From contig JBHLRO010000016.1 of assembly GCA_048882505.1 (NCBI GenBank), positions 1 to 32,000 on the forward strand: DNA of 32,000 nucleotides. Reading direction: 5' to 3'. Of the stretch, positions 1 to 8,702 are shown one piece after another; the stretch's first letter is position 1, and each line of letters opens with the position of its first letter. Source of the DNA: Candidatus Thorarchaeota archaeon (lineage in GTDB: Archaea > Asgardarchaeota > Heimdallarchaeia > Hodarchaeales > Hodarchaeaceae). Below the pieces are notes generated by a model that was given only the letters and a program-made list of their open reading frames with translations, was not told the DNA's origin and ran no database searches. Both the position numbers and the translations under genes were made by a program.

Positions 1-879
1 GCTAATCAAGGAGTTATCCAACAGCTGGCGCCGACAGCCGATGATGTTATTTTATCTGATGAATTGAACCACGGATCAATCATAGACGGTGTACGAACCA
101 CCAAAGCTAAACGGGCGATTTACAAGCATGTTGATATGGCCTCCTTAGAGTTAGAACTTACTAAACTTGCTAAAACTGAGCCTCGCAGGATTATTTTGAT
201 TAGCGATGGCGTATTTTCAATGAATGGGAACCACGCCCCGTTAGACGAAATTTACGAGATTTGTGAGCCGTATGCGCAGGCGTTGATATATGTAGATGAC
301 GCCCATGGGGACGGGGTGTTGGGACGGAACTATTCGGGGAAAGGGCTGGTGGATCATTATGGATTACAGGGCAAGGTGGACATTGAGATGGGGACATTTT
401 CGAAAGCGTTTGGAACGATGGGAGGATCCATTGTAGGGTCGAAAGAGCTGATCACATGGTGTCGGAACAAGACTCGAAGTTACTTACTGTCAGGAAGTCA
501 TCCACCGGCAACGGCGGCGGCGTCAATCAAGGCATTGGACATCATCGAGCATGAGGAACCAGATCTGGTTAAAGGACTCTGGGAGAACATTGATTATTTC
601 AAGGATCAGATAATCAGTATGGGATATAATCATGAAATAACAGCGGCTTCGACAACTGCCATTATTCCCATTATTTTTGGAGATCCACATAAAGCCGGGG
701 AAGCATCTTCACTGTTGTACTCGGACTACGGAGTATTCGCCCTCCCCATAGTATTTCCAATGGTCCCGAGGGGATTAGATCGGATTCGGGTACAGATGAA
801 TGCCGCATTGACCAGGGATCAACTGGATACAGGATTACGGGCATTCGAAGAGTTAGGAAAAAAGTTAAAGATTTTTTAA
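1..879 (+). CDS. PLP-dependent alpha-oxoamine synthase (glycine C-acetyltransferase / 8-amino-7-oxononanoate synthase family), 5'-truncated by the window
   Basis: Frame is open from base 1 (ANQGVIQQLAPTADDVILSDELNHGSIIDG), so the true start lies before the window. Family motifs SDELNHGS, DDAHG and GTFSKAFG (PLP lysine). Confidence 0.9.
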   Translation, partial: ANQGVIQQLAPTADDVILSDELNHGSIIDGVRTTKAKRAIYKHVDMASLELELTKLAKTEPRRIILISDGVFSMNGNHAPLDEIYEICEPYAQALIYVDDAHGDGVLGRNYSGKGLVDHYGLQGKVDIEMGTFSKAFGTMGGSIVGSKELITWCRNKTRSYLLSGSHPPATAAASIKALDIIEHEEPDLVKGLWENIDYFKDQIISMGYNHEITAASTTAIIPIIFGDPHKAGEASSLLYSDYGVFALPIVFPMVPRGLDRIRVQMNAALTRDQLDTGLRAFEELGKKLKIF

Positions 880-937
880 ACCAGTTTCCACTGAAAGACC
901 ATTGGGTCTCCCTTTCTTTCCCTTTTTATTTCATTAG

Positions 938-1591
938 GTGACGCAATCCGTGCCAAAAAACGAGTTCTGGACACTGCGTGATCAGGTTTCCACCTGTTTT
1001 AAATGCGGATTACACACCGAAGGGATTCATCCAATCTTTGGGGAGGGTAGGTTTGATTCTAAGGTCATTTTCGTAGGAGAGGCGCCAGGTGCTACAGAGA
1101 ACAAACTCAAACGTCCATTTGTAGGCGCTTCGGGAAATGTTTTGAATGAATTTCTTCAGAAGATTGGATTATCGCGTAATGATGTTTTTATCACAAACAT
1201 TGTAAAATGCCGTCCTCCAGACAATCGTGATCCGAGGATAGGGGAAATAAATGTTTGCTCCCCCTATCTTCTCCAACAAATTAAAATGATGCACGCAGAG
1301 ATTGTGGTGACATTGGGCCGGTTTGCCGCAGGTTTTTTCGTGCCCAATTTTAAAAGTATGAACGAAATTGTCGGCAGAATCCATCAACTTGAAAATTACG
1401 ATTTTTCACTATTACCCATGTTCCATCCTGCCACCACGTTGTATAGTAAGAAAAGGTACTTTCCTATCTTCGAACGTGATTTTATGACTCTAAGAGAATT
1501 TTTAGATAGTAAAAACCTTCCAAGGGTTCAGAATATTAGTGATAAAGAGAAGAAGGGTAGAAAAAAAGGATTAGATCGGTTCTTGGGTTAA
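938..1591 (+). CDS. udg: Family 4 uracil-DNA glycosylase (Fe-S type)
   Basis: CFKC N-terminal Cys pair, GEAPG motif A, KCRPPDNRDP, HP motif B; GTG start. Confidence 0.93.
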   Translation: MTQSVPKNEFWTLRDQVSTCFKCGLHTEGIHPIFGEGRFDSKVIFVGEAPGATENKLKRPFVGASGNVLNEFLQKIGLSRNDVFITNIVKCRPPDNRDPRIGEINVCSPYLLQQIKMMHAEIVVTLGRFAAGFFVPNFKSMNEIVGRIHQLENYDFSLLPMFHPATTLYSKKRYFPIFERDFMTLREFLDSKNLPRVQNISDKEKKGRKKGLDRFLG

Positions 1592-1612
1592 ATTAAAATT
1601 ATTCCATTAGTC

Positions 1613-2077
1613 TTAATCTGGTGGATCTTGAAATTTAGGATTAGCATCATGAACCAGCTTTCGTCTGGGTTTAACATCTATATTCCCCGAAAAGCGGAAG
1701 ACATGTCCACAATCTGGACAAAACCAATACTTACGGGAGGCTTCGTCTCCCTTTGAGAATTGATAAAACCCTTGAAAAACAGCATTAGGATGGCGACATT
1801 TCTCCCCCTTACGTCTTTGTTCATAAGATTGAGTGAAAATCTGAGGAATGGGAGGTGGGCCTCCCTCCACCACACGGGTTATTTCTTTCGGGGAATGTTT
1901 AATTGGTGTCCGCTCTTGGAAGAAGGTTGTATCTTCATTATCTGAAGAAATTTCTCGTTGACAGGAAGCACACCAATAAATGAGTCGTTGTTCTTTACCA
2001 AGTCGTTTAGGAACCACCAAATTTCCACATTTGTCACAAAATGGAGAAACCAACCTTTTTACTCTCGTCCATATCAT
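1613..2077 (-). CDS. TFS/RpoM-like double zinc-ribbon transcription factor (divergent)
   Basis: N-terminal FCDKCG...WCASC ribbon; C-terminal QFSKGDE...WFCPDCG, equivalent to QxRSADE...CxxC of TFS. The start may be a few codons downstream of 2077. Confidence 0.8.
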   Translation of the reverse strand: MIWTRVKRLVSPFCDKCGNLVVPKRLGKEQRLIYWCASCQREISSDNEDTTFFQERTPIKHSPKEITRVVEGGPPPIPQIFTQSYEQRRKGEKCRHPNAVFQGFYQFSKGDEASRKYWFCPDCGHVFRFSGNIDVKPRRKLVHDANPKFQDPPD

Positions 2078-2219
2078 AAGCTGTATCTAACTACCGTAAG
2101 AGAGCAATCTCACAATTCAATCATGTACCTTTTCTTTGGTAAGTCGGATGGAAGCTATCGTAAGAGTAAAGAGCATTCGTCCTCAATCCAAAATTACCGT
2201 CAGAATGAGTGAATGATCT

Positions 2220-4169
2220 GTGCGTATTCCATACCTAGGTAAGATTAGGTTCCATTGGTGTGATAGATGCTATGTACCCCTCATTCGAAAGAATTGTGGT
2301 CTTTGTGGCAAACAGGGCCGAAAGGTACAACTTACCCCACCAGGAGATATCCGACCTGCCTTTGAAGGTGATTTAGTAAGAATCGTAACAACTCTGGAAA
2401 ACCAATTCGGGAGGGAAACTACCATGAGGTTCCAAAATCTAATAAGAAATCAGATAATTTTCCTCAACAAAGTACCATATATTGATAGAATGGACGAGAT
2501 AGTCATCCAAGGACACATTGCAGCCGTGTTTAGATTTAATGTTGTAAGAGGGGATTTTGAGTTTATACCAAAGCTATGGCTGGCGGAGGAAATCTGGTCT
2601 CCTATGGCATTTCGGACGGTGGAGGTTGATATTGGGGCTAAGGAATTTATTAAGCATGGAGCTTCGGTACTATCGCCGGGTGTATCTTTGGCAGACCCAA
2701 GGATACAGGTGGACGATCCAGTCATCGTAACCTGTGAAAACGCGGTTATAGCGGTTGGGTTGGCAAAGATGTGCGGATCAGAGATGGGACATAGCCAACG
2801 GGGTGTAGCAGTCAAAACAAAACATCGAAAGCTAGAAGTTGACACTCCAGTTCAGTCCCTTCCAATAAGTTGGCAACAGATCATAAAAGCAAATTTGAAC
2901 TCAATTGAAACATTAGAGGAGGAAGCCATCAGCTTTATTGAAAGTACAGCAAAAAAATACGAACATCAAGTAGTAGCTTACTCTGGCGGGAAAGATTCTC
3001 TAGTAACACTAGATCTAGTATCCCAATCTAAAGTTCCGTATGAGATAGTTTTCGCTGATACTAATCTAGAGTATCCTGAAACGATAGAAAATGTAAAATT
3101 GGTAGGAACCTATTACAATAAGGATGTCCTAAGTCATGAAAATGTGTCATGGGATTTTTGGGAACGCTTCCAAAAGGAACCACCCACTCGAAACTCACGC
3201 TGGTGTTGCAAATCAGCTAAACTTTTCCCAATAAACAGGATCCTAGAAGAGTGCTTTCCAAAGGCTCAGGAAGTGTTAGCATATATTGGACGCCGACGAT
3301 ATGAATCCTTAGGACGTTCTCGTGAGACACGTATATCAAGGAACCCTTGGATTCCCCGGCAAGTATCTGCGGCTCCTATTAGTAACTGGACAGCTTTGGA
3401 AGTATATCTCTATATTCTAAAACATAATCTCGTCTCAATACTTAATCCTTTGTATCAAGAAGGTTTTATCCGGATAGGGTGCTGGGTTTGTCCAGCTTCT
3501 TCACTATCAGATTTCAAGATAATGGAGGAAATCCATCCCGATCTACTGTCCAAACTCCGAACCAAACTAGAAATGAAACGAAAGGAAAATGGATTGCCAG
3601 CTCAGTACCTATCATGGGGTTTATGGCGATGGAAATATCTGCCCCAGAAAGTGATAAATCTCCTAAAAAGTAAAGATATAATGTATTCTTCTTCCTTCAT
3701 TTCTTCCTCGAATAATGGCGAACTAAAATTTCGGATAACAAATGCACCGTCTCCATGTATAAGAGGGGGGTATTCAGCGTTGTTGTCAGCGAATCAAATG
3801 TTAAACCTTTCACGACTCGAAAAACTTCTACCAATCCAAGGAATAACGCAATATAATGAGCAGCTGGATATTCTTCGTGTGAATATGAAACGTGGACACG
3901 CTGATATTTTCCGAGATGGGTCCATAATTGTTAAAGACCGGTATAAAGAGGTCTTATTGACGAAAAGAATTATCTCTTTAATTAAGACTGTATACCGTTC
4001 ATTTCATTGCGATGGATGTGGAGTATGCACATATCAATGTAGTGAGAAGGCCTTGGTCGTCGAATCCAGTATGGTAAAAGTTAGTCCTGATAAATGTATC
4101 CATTGCTTGGTTTGTAACAACTTTTGTCCATTACTGAGGTACAGATCCGATGCTTCATTTCTCGAATAA
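2220..4169 (+). CDS. PAPS-reductase-family (PP-loop) protein with N-terminal Zn ribbon, PUA domain and C-terminal 4Fe-4S dicluster
   Basis: WCDRC...CGLCG; PUA-like HGASVLSPGV; AYSGGKDS PP-loop; WCC and GCWVCP; C-terminal CDGCGVCTYQC and CIHCLVCNNFC. Confidence 0.87.
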   Translation: MRIPYLGKIRFHWCDRCYVPLIRKNCGLCGKQGRKVQLTPPGDIRPAFEGDLVRIVTTLENQFGRETTMRFQNLIRNQIIFLNKVPYIDRMDEIVIQGHIAAVFRFNVVRGDFEFIPKLWLAEEIWSPMAFRTVEVDIGAKEFIKHGASVLSPGVSLADPRIQVDDPVIVTCENAVIAVGLAKMCGSEMGHSQRGVAVKTKHRKLEVDTPVQSLPISWQQIIKANLNSIETLEEEAISFIESTAKKYEHQVVAYSGGKDSLVTLDLVSQSKVPYEIVFADTNLEYPETIENVKLVGTYYNKDVLSHENVSWDFWERFQKEPPTRNSRWCCKSAKLFPINRILEECFPKAQEVLAYIGRRRYESLGRSRETRISRNPWIPRQVSAAPISNWTALEVYLYILKHNLVSILNPLYQEGFIRIGCWVCPASSLSDFKIMEEIHPDLLSKLRTKLEMKRKENGLPAQYLSWGLWRWKYLPQKVINLLKSKDIMYSSSFISSSNNGELKFRITNAPSPCIRGGYSALLSANQMLNLSRLEKLLPIQGITQYNEQLDILRVNMKRGHADIFRDGSIIVKDRYKEVLLTKRIISLIKTVYRSFHCDGCGVCTYQCSEKALVVESSMVKVSPDKCIHCLVCNNFCPLLRYRSDASFLE

Positions 4170-4279
4170 ATTACTCTAGCCGCGGAGAAAAACACAAAAT
4201 TGGTGGTTAATTGTGCTTAAATATACGTTTAACCGTAGAATAATTCCAACATACTATCATAATCCCAAGTAATGGAGAT

Positions 4280-4828
4280 TTGGCTTTGGAAGGACGTAGA
4301 GAACGAGTTATAGATGGAGCAAAGTCCATTCTTACGACAAGAGGGTTTAAGATCACGAATGAAGCAGATAAGGATGAATACCACGACATCTATGGGAAGA
4401 ATGATGAAAATCAGAAGATTATCGTACGGATCCCTTCCAAAGCGGTAGTCGGAGTGAGTGAGCTTCGAGAATACCGGGATGAGGTTGAAGAGAAAGGATA
4501 TGATCATGCAATTCTTCTTGCACTTGATAAGTATACACATTACGCAAAGAAAGAAGCCAAAGCAGCCAATATTGAGACATTTTCGATTAAGTTCCCTTTC
4601 TTCAACCTTTTCGAACACTATTTGGTTCCCGTACATGAATTTGCCACGAAAGAAGAGGTTCACGAGTTAGAAAAGAAGTATTCTATCTTTAAATACCAGC
4701 TACCCAAAATAACCTCAGATGATCCGGCCGTACAATTGTTAGGTGCTAAAGTAGGGGATGTACTAAAAATTCGTCGTAAATCGCCGACCGCTGGCGAATT
4801 TGTCGTATTTCGAACCGTTGTTCCATAA
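4280..4828 (+). CDS. rpo5: RNA polymerase subunit Rpo5/RpoH with eukaryote-like RPB5 N-terminal domain
   Basis: C-terminal HYLVPVH...QLPKITSDDPAV...GDVLKIRRKSPTAG is the RpoH/RPB5 CTD. About 105 extra N-terminal residues contain VGVSELREY...AILL. TTG start preceded by GGAG. Confidence 0.9.
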   Translation: MALEGRRERVIDGAKSILTTRGFKITNEADKDEYHDIYGKNDENQKIIVRIPSKAVVGVSELREYRDEVEEKGYDHAILLALDKYTHYAKKEAKAANIETFSIKFPFFNLFEHYLVPVHEFATKEEVHELEKKYSIFKYQLPKITSDDPAVQLLGAKVGDVLKIRRKSPTAGEFVVFRTVVP

Positions 4829-5017
4829 ATAAGGGTATATTATGGCTGCCTGACCTGTTTTAGTCAAGCTGATGAGATAATTTATTTCCAAGAGAACTAA
4901 AAAGCGGGGGCAAATTCGACCGATAGCTGTCTTATAACTTCTCATGCAATCGATATGGATAATAATTGACTAATTAGCCCCCATCTGGGCTTGAATAGGG
5001 ACACTGAGGTAACTTAG

Positions 5018-6301
5018 GTGAATAAAAGGAAGAACGCATGGCTCCTGGTATTAATGGTGTTAGTTCTGACTACTATGACCAAAGATATTCAAAAAACTAT
5101 AACAGTTCAGGGAGTGATTAAGCCAGTTCAAGAATCGGAGTTAATCATCGGGCTGGATCTAGCCCATCAGAATAATTTATCCTCAACTGAGCTGCTAAAC
5201 TTAACTAATGTTCTGAATAAAGAGTTTGGATCAGTTATTCCCTACAGTACAGCATTTACATCGGCAAATTTGGAGGATCCAGATGTAATGGTTATTATTG
5301 CACCAACTGTGGCTCTAACAACTTCTGAACTCAGTTTGATGGAGGATTTCGTAAAACAAGGGAGATCCATTCTGGTGGCTAGCGGTTATCGAAACCAGAC
5401 AGGCGACCCAGCAAACGAAATTTTACGCCCTTTCGGTCTAAGTTTCAATCTCACAAGCACTTTAATTCCAGAATCAGTACGTCAAGGTGGTCAATTCAAT
5501 TCCTATTATTACTTGGCAAGAAATTTCACGACACCACTGACTCCTGTCTCAGCAAATATTACTCAGCTTATTCTTCCATCAGCATTAGGTATTTCATTCA
5601 ATGAAACGAAATTAGAAACCTCTGAATCCCCTTCAATTCTCTTCCATAAACCTCTTCTACTCGAAAATTTAGATGCCTCTCCGTCTAAGAACAACACTTT
5701 GGCGTCTACACTTGAATTCGAAAACGGTGGTCGAATTTTGGCGATAGGAAGCGCCAACATGTTTAACAACAGTTTTATCGAACCATTAGCAAATGCTACG
5801 AGTTTTTTCTTTGATAATACGGCATTCATTGTGAATACAATCAAGTGGCTTGGGAAGAGTACCGGGATAATGAACTTTTACGATCCCTGGGTAGACATCG
5901 ATGAGCTCACAGTTGACATTGGACGTATTATACGTGGGAACGTGACGTTGGTTGATGCTCAAAACCATTCGCTTTCCCAGATCCAAATTTCCATTAATCT
6001 AGAGCGAACTGGAACTATTCTTGAGTCTCGGGCAATGAGAATCGATCCGACCAATTCATCGAAATATTCTGGTTGGATAAGTACAGAGGGGTTGAGCTAT
6101 GGCTATTGTGATATCGTTTTTGTAGCGAATCGTGTTGGTTATTTACCCGTCGAGCTAATTGCAGGGCGTATGTACCTCAATCCTCCCTTTCCCTTCCCAG
6201 TTTTTCCTGAATTAGCTATGTGGGGGCTTTTCATTGCCACCGTGATACTATTTGTATCTACTGCATTTCTAATTTGGCGGAACATTAAGACAGATACCTA
6301 A
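5018..6301 (+). CDS. wbp1: OST48/Wbp1 (DDOST)-like oligosaccharyltransferase subunit, type I membrane protein
   Basis: Signal peptide, GATase-like (GIFT) domain (FVKQGRSILVAS; GRILAIGSANMF; IKWLG), beta domain with KYSGW...NRVGY (cf. DDOST KYSVQF...NRLGY from memory), one C-terminal TM helix, about a dozen N-x-S/T sequons. Confidence 0.72.
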   Translation: MNKRKNAWLLVLMVLVLTTMTKDIQKTITVQGVIKPVQESELIIGLDLAHQNNLSSTELLNLTNVLNKEFGSVIPYSTAFTSANLEDPDVMVIIAPTVALTTSELSLMEDFVKQGRSILVASGYRNQTGDPANEILRPFGLSFNLTSTLIPESVRQGGQFNSYYYLARNFTTPLTPVSANITQLILPSALGISFNETKLETSESPSILFHKPLLLENLDASPSKNNTLASTLEFENGGRILAIGSANMFNNSFIEPLANATSFFFDNTAFIVNTIKWLGKSTGIMNFYDPWVDIDELTVDIGRIIRGNVTLVDAQNHSLSQIQISINLERTGTILESRAMRIDPTNSSKYSGWISTEGLSYGYCDIVFVANRVGYLPVELIAGRMYLNPPFPFPVFPELAMWGLFIATVILFVSTAFLIWRNIKTDT

Positions 6302-6349
6302 TACGGGTTCCTTCCTCCTCGATGTACAACTGATAAGGGATCAAAAAAA

Positions 6350-6682
6350 CTATATTCTGGGATTTATAGAGTTGGTAGTTAGTTCGATTCCTTCTGGAAC
6401 AAGTAGAAAATAATCAAGCCTGCCAAGGTTGAGCATTTCGTATTCATATTGGCGTGTTAGTGCATTTAAGCATTGCAGGAATCGTTTTGCGTCCATAGGT
6501 CTTGTAATTCGAAATTCCTTGAAAAAACATACTACTATGCTGTGATGCATCATTTCCAGTTGAATATCATCGGTGTCACGAATATCCTGAACTGAAATGC
6601 ATCTGAATCTTCGGTTTCTTTTTCTAGACCGAGATATCGTTCCATAGAGATTTGGGATTCTTGGACGCATTTTTTTTTCCAA
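6350..6682 (-). CDS. Hypothetical protein (110 aa, basic N-terminus)
   Basis: ORF fills the gap between wbp1-like and rps7 without overlap; no motif recognised. Confidence 0.5.
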   Translation of the reverse strand: MEKKMRPRIPNLYGTISRSRKRNRRFRCISVQDIRDTDDIQLEMMHHSIVVCFFKEFRITRPMDAKRFLQCLNALTRQYEYEMLNLGRLDYFLLVPEGIELTTNSINPRI

Positions 6683-6897
6683 TTAGTACGGTTCTAAGGA
6701 GGAAAACAAGCGAACATAAACCGCTATATTGAGTTCTACTCAAGGGAGTATAACATCTAATCCAGTTAATATGAAAGCGTAATATGTGGAGGCTATTACA
6801 GGCGAGAATTCCCTGATTCCCTATCAGTTCGGCATAAAACTAGCATTTAGAGGCATAAACCGATGTAGCTGGCATTTAATCTATGCGACTACAATCT

Positions 6898-7476
6898 TTA
6901 TCTTGCACTCAGCGCCACGCGTTCAATATCTTGTTTTCTTTTAATAGCATTCGAATTGAGGTTATTTGTAGAGGCTAAAATTAGTTGGTCGGCCAGTATT
7001 TCTTCAAGGGTTCGAACATTATTAAAAGTAGATTTTCTGGAGGCTTGGGCAAGTAAACGTAATGCGACGTCTACTCTTCGTTGTGGAGCGCTATCTACCG
7101 CGGTATGGTACACGATTCCACCGTATGAAATGCGGGTTGTCTCTTCTCGAGGGGCGCAGTTCACAATAGCATCCACAAGCACTTGGAGGGGGTTCTGATT
7201 CGTCTTTAATTCAATGATCTGAAGGGCTGTTTTCACGATACCAAGTGCGAGGATCTTTTTGCCCGTATTTTTTCCTGGACTCATAAGTTTGTTAGCCATA
7301 CGTTCAACAATATGTACGTGTGACTTATGGAATCGTTTATGCTCATGACGACCACCAGAATGAGGAACCATCCGATCTTTTAGATTGATATACCGGACTA
7401 GACTCATGTCTCGGATTTCAATGTCTTTAGAATTCCATAATCCGAATATTCTCATATCATCGGCGGCAGCCATCAC
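6898..7476 (-). CDS. rps7: 30S ribosomal protein uS7
   Basis: GGRHEHKRF, IVERMANKLM, PREETTRISYGG, AVDSAPQRRVDVALR, ERVALSAR. Start is GTG at 7476 or ATG at 7473, after GGTGA. Confidence 0.97.
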   Translation of the reverse strand: MMAAADDMRIFGLWNSKDIEIRDMSLVRYINLKDRMVPHSGGRHEHKRFHKSHVHIVERMANKLMSPGKNTGKKILALGIVKTALQIIELKTNQNPLQVLVDAIVNCAPREETTRISYGGIVYHTAVDSAPQRRVDVALRLLAQASRKSTFNNVRTLEEILADQLILASTNNLNSNAIKRKQDIERVALSAR

Positions 7477-7483
7477 ATCACCT

Positions 7484-7801
7484 TCACGATCTTAATTCAA
7501 TTTCCACAAAGATAGAACGAGATACATTTAGTCTGATTATCTGGCGCATAGTTCTATCATCTGCGTCAATATCTATCAGTCGTTTATGAATCCTCAGCTC
7601 ATAGGATTCCCAAGTCGCCGTTCCCTGTCCGCTAGGAGATTTCCTGACTGGTAATTTTAGTTTTCGGGTTGGGAGAGGAATTGGACCTCTCATTTTCACA
7701 CCTGATTTATCAGCAATTCTCTTCATTTCAGTGCATATACTGTCAAGTTGTCCAACATCAGTACTCATGAGGCGAATTCGAGCGACCGAGACCAAATGCA
7801 T
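7484..7801 (-). CDS. rps10: 30S ribosomal protein uS10
   Basis: ARIRL, GPIPLPTRKL, RKSPSGQG, RIHKRLIDI. Start shortened from the ORF track to ATG 7801 (or TTG 7795) downstream of GGTGA. Confidence 0.97.
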   Translation of the reverse strand: MHLVSVARIRLMSTDVGQLDSICTEMKRIADKSGVKMRGPIPLPTRKLKLPVRKSPSGQGTATWESYELRIHKRLIDIDADDRTMRQIIRLNVSRSIFVEIELRS

Positions 7802-7959
7802 AATCACCTTAACTAAATGAAAAACCACAGTGTTTAAAGTTTAATTGAGCAGTCTTATTGCTAAACTTGGGAGAATATCAAGCGTTTTTAATAGTACTCT
7901 CAGCGGGATAGATATCCGTGGATAGAGAGGAGGTTCACAGTCCTATAAGTAATGGGAAG

Positions 7960-8131
7960 CGCCGGGGAGGGGATTTGAACCCCTGAGTACATATGTACAC
8001 TGGCTATCTTCCCTTACATAAAAGCCTCAAGGCCAGCGCCGTTGTGCGTGGAAGGACTGAGTACCAGTCCGCTTGGCTATCGAGTTCTTTCCTTCAGCGG
8101 CAGTTTCGTGAGTGGAAGAGAAAACCCCGGC
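7960..8131 (-). tRNA. tRNA-Ser(UGA) with three introns (8/9: 8123-8079, 45 nt; 20/21: 8067-8043, 25 nt; 37/38: 8025-8006, 20 nt); no encoded CCA
   Basis: Acceptor GCCGGGG/CCCCGGC with G73; T-arm AGGGG-TTCAAAT-CCCCT; anticodon arm CTGGC-CT-TGA-GA-GCCAG; long variable arm GTAC-ATAT-GTAC. Each intron forms a BHB or relaxed BHB. Spliced length is 82 nt. Confidence 0.88.
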
Positions 8132-8154
8132 AAAACGGATGGCTAAGGTCAACA

Positions 8155-8616
8155 TTAGGCCCGTCCTGTTTTTATATTAAACATCATGAGTATTCCAAAG
8201 GTGGCAATGATCGCCAAGATGATACCTAATATTAGAAATACTGTCGATGTCCGCACGTCATAGGCAAATCTCGTCGAATGTCTGATCAAGTAGACGCCCA
8301 CGCCCCCAATTGCGAATAGAACAGCAGCAATCAAGGACTCTACCAAAAATTGCTCACTGGATGACTGAAATATTGGTACTAAGGCATTTTGAGTTTGTCC
8401 CATTGGAAGGGGGTTTTCAGTGAGGTCATAAATACCACCCGCCAAAATAAAGATCGTAAAGACTAAAATTAACCCTAGAATGTATTTTCCTGGAGCTTCA
8501 TATGGGAGCTGAATATCTGGAATTTTAAAAACCACCGTAGGTCGCTTCAATCCAGGTATCCATGGGAGACGGGAGCTGGACTCGCTTTCATCATCATTCT
8601 CTTGAGGTTTTGACAT
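8155..8616 (-). CDS. ostc: OSTC/DC2 (Ost3/Ost6 family) oligosaccharyltransferase subunit homologue
   Basis: Three TM helices. GGIYDL..NPLPMG and QFLVESLIAAVLFAIGGVG resemble OSTC GGIIYDV..EPPSVG and QYIMEGLASSFLFTMGGLG (recalled consensus). Confidence 0.82.
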   Translation of the reverse strand: MSKPQENDDESESSSRLPWIPGLKRPTVVFKIPDIQLPYEAPGKYILGLILVFTIFILAGGIYDLTENPLPMGQTQNALVPIFQSSSEQFLVESLIAAVLFAIGGVGVYLIRHSTRFAYDVRTSTVFLILGIILAIIATFGILMMFNIKTGRA

Positions 8617-8702
8617 ACTGTAACTCTCTAGGGGGCATAAATATGATCAGCTTAATTTCTTTTCGAGAAGGTATATATCAAGTTATCCCGTAAAAAAAAC
8701 AC

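Noticed and set aside
4869-5007. C/D-box sRNA (TGATGA ... CTGA)
   Set aside because: The boxes are about 130 nt apart with no clear C'/D' pair or terminal stem.
8026-8031. tRNA-Sec or recoding interpretation of the UGA-anticodon tRNA (G-G mismatch in the BHB helix)
   Set aside because: The anticodon reads UGA (Ser), the acceptor stem is a normal 7 bp and the T-stem 5 bp; no Sec-type architecture.
7993-8229. ORF 7993-8229 (+)
   Set aside because: Antisense to tRNA-Ser and the OSTC-like gene; spurious.
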